Of a stretch of DNA of 64,000 nucleotides, positions 57,981 through 64,000 are shown piece after piece. Source of the DNA: Macrostomum lignano (Eukaryota); the NCBI GenBank assembly GCA_002269645.1, contig NIVC01000598.1, forward strand, positions 272,010 to 336,009, written 5' to 3'. A program made the position numbers and the translations under genes. Each line of letters opens with the position of its first letter. The stretch's first letter is position 1. The notes beneath the pieces were generated by a model, which was not told where the DNA came from, ran no database searches, and saw nothing but the letters and a program-made list of their open reading frames with translations.

Positions 57981-58554
57981 TATATCTGCACTGAATAACC
58001 CATGGGTAACGAATGTTCAAAAGAAACTGAAAAGTATAGACCTCGATTATACTACTACTAAATATATTTCTGCACTATAAGTACGTATTACGAATAACAG
58101 CTAATTATATCGATAGGGTATGCCTTTTTATTGCCATTGAGAAAATGTTTCTTAGAACCAAGACAAGCTTGATATCACATGTTCAGAATGTGCTCTATTC
58201 AATTTTTATTGAATTGAGACTAAAGCCTGCCCTTGTCCGACCTGCCTAGCTTGCTAAGACGACCCAGACTAGCTATAGCTATGCTGTACATTAAGCCGGA
58301 TGGGATTACGGGATATATGAAAGCGAGGTTTAGGGGTTCTCGCTGACCTTTCCATGCATATATGTAACGCGCCATTAATTCTACTTAACTACACCTTCTC
58401 AATCATGCAATCACATTCTATGTACGCGATCAGCAACGTCAGAAAAGTTGCCACATGGATCTTTACATGTAAGAGTGCAAGTTAATTCTATCAATTTAGT
58501 GCGGTGATGCGGATGGAATATCAGCACTGATGTGATAGTCAATAGTGTATATGT

Positions 58555-59280
58555 CCCTGCTATCAGCTCCTGCGCTGCACAGAGCTGAATGCCAAGGGTA
58601 CGAGAGGAGAGAATATTTCATCCACTCTGACAGTCAAGAGGCCTTAAAGGCCCTTTGCCACACCACACTCCCGAACAGTCGCTGACTGCGCCGGCAGCTC
58701 AACCTCCTGGCCAGTTGCAATTCTGTCAGGCTGAAGGATCCCAGGGCACGCAGGGTTTTTGGGGAACGAGCTGGCAGACACCCTCGCCAAGAGGAGCGGC
58801 TCTGGCTCCTTCTCTGGCCCTGTTCCCCTGGTTCCCATCCCTTCTATGATCATCAATCATCAGATCAATGACTGGGCTGATTCCCTTCACACGGACAGAT
58901 GGGCAGGCGTCCAGAACTGCCGGCAATCTCGTGCTGCGGTTCCGTGCCCCTCTCACAAGCTCAGGAACTTCCTTCTGAACCAAAACCGGAAGGATATTCA
59001 AGCCCTTGTCATGACCCTTACAGGCCATGGTTACCTCGCCAGACACTGCTTCCTCCGAGGAGACCTCGAGAGTGAACTTTGCTTTTTTGCGAATACGATA
59101 ATGAAGATGCTCAGCACTTTGTCTGTCACTGCCCTTTCTTTACCAGAAACCGGCTACGCTACATCGGGCCGAACCCGTCCATCGACGAGGTCTGCCAGCC
59201 CGACAGCATCACACGGCTCATCCAGTTCCTTCGGGCGACAAGATGAGCCAGTTTCTTCCCAACGGTATGTGGCCTGTCCG
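58555..59280 (+). mobile_element. Second fragment of the LOA-type LINE family (RNase H end and CCHC region)
   Basis: GNELADTLAKRSG, INDWADSLH..RW, MTLTGHGYLARH and a frameshifted C-x2-C...H...C; colinear with 57370-57830. Confidence 0.85.
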
Positions 59281-59399
59281 CAATTTTTGCGTACCTGTGT
59301 GTGAACAGGTGCCTCGACTGGCTATGGGTCCAAAGTAAAAGGTACGTGCAGGATACCAAAGCAGGATACGAAGCTAGACTGAGCGACGTGACATCTAGC

Positions 59400-59740
59400 C
59401 TCTAGTGTCTAAGGGTTTTTGACCTTGCCGATGAGCTGGAAGGTCGGGGAGTAGTCCGGTCACTACTCCTGGTGTCGGGCAGCCTTGGGGGCTCTTTTGG
59501 CCGGTTAGGTGGAGCGACTGGGAGGGTACCGCGCGCCCCATTCGTGGGTAGCCTAAGAAACTTTATTATGGCCTTCGAGCCGACTATGGATAAGCTGCTG
59601 GCGACACTGATGGGATCTCCCTGCAGGGCGGCGCCAACCCTTCGTCCATAGCGACGCGTCGGCTGTTCAGGGATTAGAGGAATGGGCGTCCGCGCCTTAC
59701 CGCTGTGTCCCTCCCTGTACTGCCCTGCAGCTAAGTCAAG
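59400..59740 (+). mobile_element. 3'-end fragment of a related LINE subfamily
   Basis: Shares TCAGGGATTAG.GGAATGGGCG...CCGCTG.GTC...CCCTGCAGCTAAGTCAAG with the 3' end of the 54823-57980 element. The left boundary is approximate. Confidence 0.7.
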
Positions 59741-61602
59741 ATTTGATAGGCCGTAAATACTCATTACTCATTTTGACATGCCATCAATCACACGAGACTT
59801 CGGCCTGTTGTTCGGATTTGACCGCTGTGACCTTTACCGCTAAAAGTATAGTCCTTTTTTCCTAAACTCATCGCGGATCATCCGATTGTACATAATTCTC
59901 TTCATCCCTGATCTAAACTATATTTTCATGTTGATTTTAGATTTGGCATTGCTGAAGCTCGTACATGTTAATTGTTTTGTATCAAAACTCTGGACTGATT
60001 TATGGCCGCACCTGTCACTTTCTGGGGGTTCCTCAGGGCCTGACATGATCTGGCTTTTCGGGTTTGGTTGGCAACAAGCTCAGCCAATCAGAATCGACAG
60101 GTCCCACTATAACAAACCGCGGACCACTCGGTTCCTATTCAAACCGCAGATTTTTCGAAAACCTTCCACTTTCCGATTGTGTCATCATACCCCCATTGAG
60201 CGACATCAAGTCAGAAGATACCATCTACTACGGCGTCAACTGCCTAAAGCTTTATTTTGCTAAACTTTTCGAGGCATAGATCCTGTTTAGTAGCCTGAAA
60301 GTAGCCTGTTCGCTCTGAATCAGTTTAAGTACCTTAGTACTGTAGCTCAGTGAGAAGGCGATCAGATGATGTAGTTTGCTTTCATTCTTTGATCGGCAAT
60401 GTGAGCTCAGATGAGCATGCAGCTATATGCTGAAGGTGATGTTGGACCGAATGGCCAAAAAGTTCTCTATCAATCACTTGAAATCGGAATTCACGCCAGT
60501 CATGTACTTTAATGCTGATTCAGGCACCAAAGTGGCATATGTAAGAATACACCTGCGAGCTTCTGAGAGGGCCACGACTGCTCTGCATTATTAGCGCTAT
60601 TGGAGAGTTTGTTGTCACATTTATGGCCAGAAGCTTGCATATATGAATTCAATTATGTAGTAGTACATTCCCCGAACCTAGCTATAAAGTCTCGCCTTGC
60701 AAGATCCCTCTTTAAAAGGCCTCTTTGTCCTGCATGATCAATGCAATCCAGACTCAGCAGCGCGTCCCTTTTATCGGCTATGACTTCGAGACTGATGGGA
60801 TTGACAAGATTGACAGATTGACTAGTTGGCAGGTTGGTCCAGATCTGGCAGGTTAATCTCCGGATTAGCCAGATCCATGAACCACACGTGGTAGGCGCTT
60901 AAGTGCAGCTGTAAGAGGTGTTGGCGCACAAAACGCTATCCCGACACTATCAAACTGGTCCTTTGCAATTGAAGTGGCGAATTAATTAAAAGTACGAGTA
61001 GGTTGAAGGCAGCAGTGCCAAAATTGCGGATCTGGATTAATTCAATATGTATGCTTCAGCCCAAACTATTCGGGGCACTGCATGCGTGTAAATTCTGCAC
61101 AGCAGTGCGAGCAAAACTTACCTTGTCTAATAAAGTTCTCTGTGAAACAACTTCAAATTTTAAATTACAAGGTAGAAACATACGTAGAAAAATGAACCAA
61201 GGTGAGTCATGTGATCATGGGGTTGTCTGGTAATTTTCCATTGAATCTGCCATTGTACATTAAATGAGTGCGCCGCATTCACACTGGCATACGAAGTACA
61301 GAAAAGTTTCAAACTCTCCTCTCCCTGCAGGCACGCGCGGCTCAGCTGGCACGGCCTCGGCACTCGCATTTCTCTGCACCCTCCGCTCTCCCTCGGGGTG
61401 CCTGCGCTGCCCGCACTAAGGCAAACAATGCGGCATAATAAGCACACACACAGCGCAGCCATTTCCACACGGTGTCTTTGAGCCTGCGTTGCAAGGCTGC
61501 AGTTCGTATACAGACTGAGAAGCGGAAAGCGCTCCAGAAGAAAGCACAGGATTAATATTTGGAAGCTTTGATCGCACACTCGCTCGTCTAGCTGAGTCTG
61601 CA

Positions 61603-62028
61603 ATGTCCTTGTCATCATCTGGTGAGTCCCTCTGCGCTCGGCTGCGCCGCCGTTGTTGCCCCGGCCAGTCGTCGGCTGACGATCCGCAGACTCCGGCCGA
61701 GGCGCACAAGGAGATTCGGCGACTGCGGCACCGCCTGTTCGCCTTCATCTACAACAAACAGAAGCCGATGAACTACACGCTGATGATTCGCTACCTGCTG
61801 CACTGGAAGGTCAGCGTCTACAGTCTCGTGTGGCCAGACGTGCTGCTTTGGGCTACTCTGTACACAATTGTGAACCTGCTGTACCGGCACGCGCTGCCCG
61901 AAGTTCATCAGCAAAGATTTGCTCGACTGGTGCACTCTGTGGCTGACCTGCAGTCAAGTCTTCCGGTAACCTTCCTGCTGGGATTCTATGTTAGCACTGT
62001 GGTGGACCGCTGGTGGAAGTCATACTTG
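61603..62028 (+). CDS. Bestrophin-family chloride channel, exon 1
   Basis: LLHWKVSVYSL and LPVTFLLGFYVSTVVDRWW bestrophin signatures; donor TTG|GTGAGT. Confidence 0.9.
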
Positions 62029-62103
62029 GTGAGTGGCCTGACGCCTTAGGAAAGGAGTGGTAGAAGCACTGGCAAAGAGGATAAAACTAGTTAAGGAGAG
62101 CGA

Positions 62104-62415
62104 ACTTACTTTCACTTAGCTGAAGGGTGGTCCGTAGACACAGCGGGGAGGCGAGGGTCGCCCATTCCGCTAGCCCCTGAAGGCCTGCAGACAGGCAAAG
62201 GCGTGGGGCCGGTCAGGGTGGTCGCGGTCCGTCCTGCAGCGTGATCTTCCGTAAGCAAGAACGCGGCTTGTCTTGTCGCCTGAAGGAACTGGATGAGCCG
62301 TGGGATGCTGTCGGGCTCGCAGACCTCGTCAATAGACGGGTTCGGTCCGAGGTAGCGTAGCCGGTCTATGGTAAAGAAAGGGCAGTGACAGACAAAGTGC
62401 TGAGCATCTTCATTG
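62104..62415 (-). mobile_element. Antisense 3' fragment of the LOA-type LINE in bestrophin intron 1
   Basis: Reverse complement matches 59090-59240 (GAAGATGCTCAGCACTTTGTCTGTCACTGCCC..., GGCTCATCCAGTTCCTTC) and the family tail CAGCTAAGTGAAAGTAAG. Confidence 0.85.
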
Positions 62416-62462
62416 AGCGAATGAGTGGGAATCGATTATATTGAAGACCCGGCCAACCGCAG

Positions 62463-62679
62463 GATATTCCAACCATGGGAACCACGGCGCTGCGCATCGA
62501 GGCCATTGTGTTCAACAACGGGCAGCCGCGAAGGGCGGAAAAAATCAGGCTTACAATGTCGCGCTACCTCAATCTGGCCTGGCTGCTGTACATGTGGAAG
62601 GTGAGCGAAAAGATTAAGCAGCGATTCCGGATGCTCCGCAACCTCATCAGCGAGACCAACCGCTTCACGGTGACGCACT
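62463..62679 (+). CDS. Bestrophin exon 2
   Basis: CCGCAG|DIPTMG...TMSRYLNLAWLLYMWKVSEKIKQRF. The 3' boundary is uncertain (62669 or 62679). Confidence 0.8.
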
Positions 62680-62841
62680 GTGAGTACGGCTTCAAGGCTG
62701 AATTGGGGGAGAAGATTCTTAAAAAGTTGAATATGCTCTGTGTCCCCTCCTTTTATTACTTATCCAGTCCTTTCCCTTTTAGCTTATCTTCTCCATCCTA
62801 CTGTTCCATCCTACTCTTTGCCATTTCCCACCTGTCCTCAG

Positions 62842-63291
62842 TGCCGGGTAAGCCGCGACCACCTGGAGAACTCCAGCAACTTTGACATGCGCCACTTCCG
62901 CGTGGACGGCGGTCAGCGCCTCTACCCGGCTCTGCAGCGGATCGTCTCCGAGCGCGAGGACATCCGGGAGCAGCAGATCGAGCTGCTGATTCAAGATCTG
63001 GTGCTGCTCAACCAGGACCCAGTCATTCAGGAGAACTACGGCGAGATCATCACACCCAGCGAGATTGCCGTGTTCGAGGAACGCGCCAGACAGGCCCGTG
63101 GGCCCTACTCGATTGAGTATGAGCTGCCCATGCACTGGGCAGTGGCTGTAGCACAGCAGGCCCTGGCCGAGGGCTTCATCTGCACATATGAAGCCTACAG
63201 GTTCTTGCTCGGAACATTCTCCGATTGGTCCTCCCTGCTCAGCACCGTCAACAAATACGCCAACAAGAACCTGCCTCTGGTGTACACTCAG
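62842..63291 (+). CDS. Bestrophin exon 3
   Basis: ...GEIITPSE...ELPMHWA...KNLPLVYTQ|GTAAGA, matching the bestrophin PLVYTQV signature. Confidence 0.85.
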
Positions 63292-63502
63292 GTAAGAGCC
63301 AGTTGCTACATTTCTAGCGGTTTTGCATGTAGATATTTCTCAATTCTAGTTATATTAACCTTGCTCAGTGCTCACATTCAGGAGTTCTTGATATTGCCAA
63401 AGACATCTAAAGTCGCCCTTGAGAAGGAGCGAAAAAACCAGACCCTGTTATCTTCCTAAATGAAGTGAGGTGAAACTGATTGGCAAATCTTTCCAACTGC
63501 AG

Positions 63503-64000
63503 GTAGTGATAATCGCTGTCTACACCTGGTTCTTTATCGAAGTGGTTGCCGCGCAGACTCTTCTGGAGCGGCACGGGCCGCTGAACGCCACCACACCGGA
63601 TGGCGGAGTACCGGACGGCCAGATCCCGTACGTCCGGCAGTACTGGACGGACCTCTACGTGCCGGTGTTCGCCCTCGTGAAACTGCTGTTCGTCCTCGGC
63701 TGGTTTAAAGTTGCCTTCATCCTCATGGACCCGTACGCGGCTGACGTTGACGACCTGCCCTTCAGCGACATCCTCAACTCCAACTTGCGCAAAGGCCGCA
63801 ACCTGGCTGGCTTCCCGGTCGAATTCTACCCTAAGAAGCTGCGTCGAGCAATGGAAGGAGACGGTCCGCCTGGAAACTACCTGCACAGTGACGAAGAGCT
63901 GACACAGGAACTTAAGGAAGAGCAGCTCGGGCCGTGGCGCGAGCCAGAGCCGGTACAGCCTGAAGACCTACCCGGCACCACGGAGGCGGTGGGCGCTACG
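63503..64000 (+). CDS. Bestrophin exon 4 (runs off the window)
   Basis: VVIIAVYTWFF...DLYVPVFALVKLLFVLGWFKVAFILMDPYAADVDDL; open to position 64000. Confidence 0.88.

Overview
A 64-kb eukaryotic (invertebrate animal) genomic window, not a prokaryotic one. It has spliced GC3-rich genes, AT-rich transposon-dense blocks, and a different 12-49 bp minisatellite in most large introns. This architecture resembles the flatworm Macrostomum, which is an inference only. Four host genes were reconstructed by hand from GT-AG exons. (1) PPM1G-type PP2C phosphatase: +, 16590-19124, 2 exons. (2) A divergent calmodulin-like four-EF-hand protein ending in a polybasic-CaaX tail: +, 21609-23043, with a candidate alternative last exon at 24407-24457. 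(3) A phospholipase C-beta4/NorpA-like gene: -, 45171 to 25530, 21 phase-consistent exons, 1231 aa. (4) A divergent bestrophin: +, from 61603, running off the window. Mobile DNA includes two decayed mariners (one split by a nested TIR element), a Tc1 deletion derivative, two Helitron-like elements arranged tail-to-tail, two MITEs and a young P-like TIR element with an 8-bp TSD just upstream of PPM1G. There is also a decayed LINE, an apparently intact RTE-X-like LINE whose two ORFs are in frame across one TGA, and four LOA/R1-type RNase H-containing LINE fragments. No CRISPR array, rRNA or intact tRNA was seen. All coordinates, alignments and family calls were made by eye without database searches.
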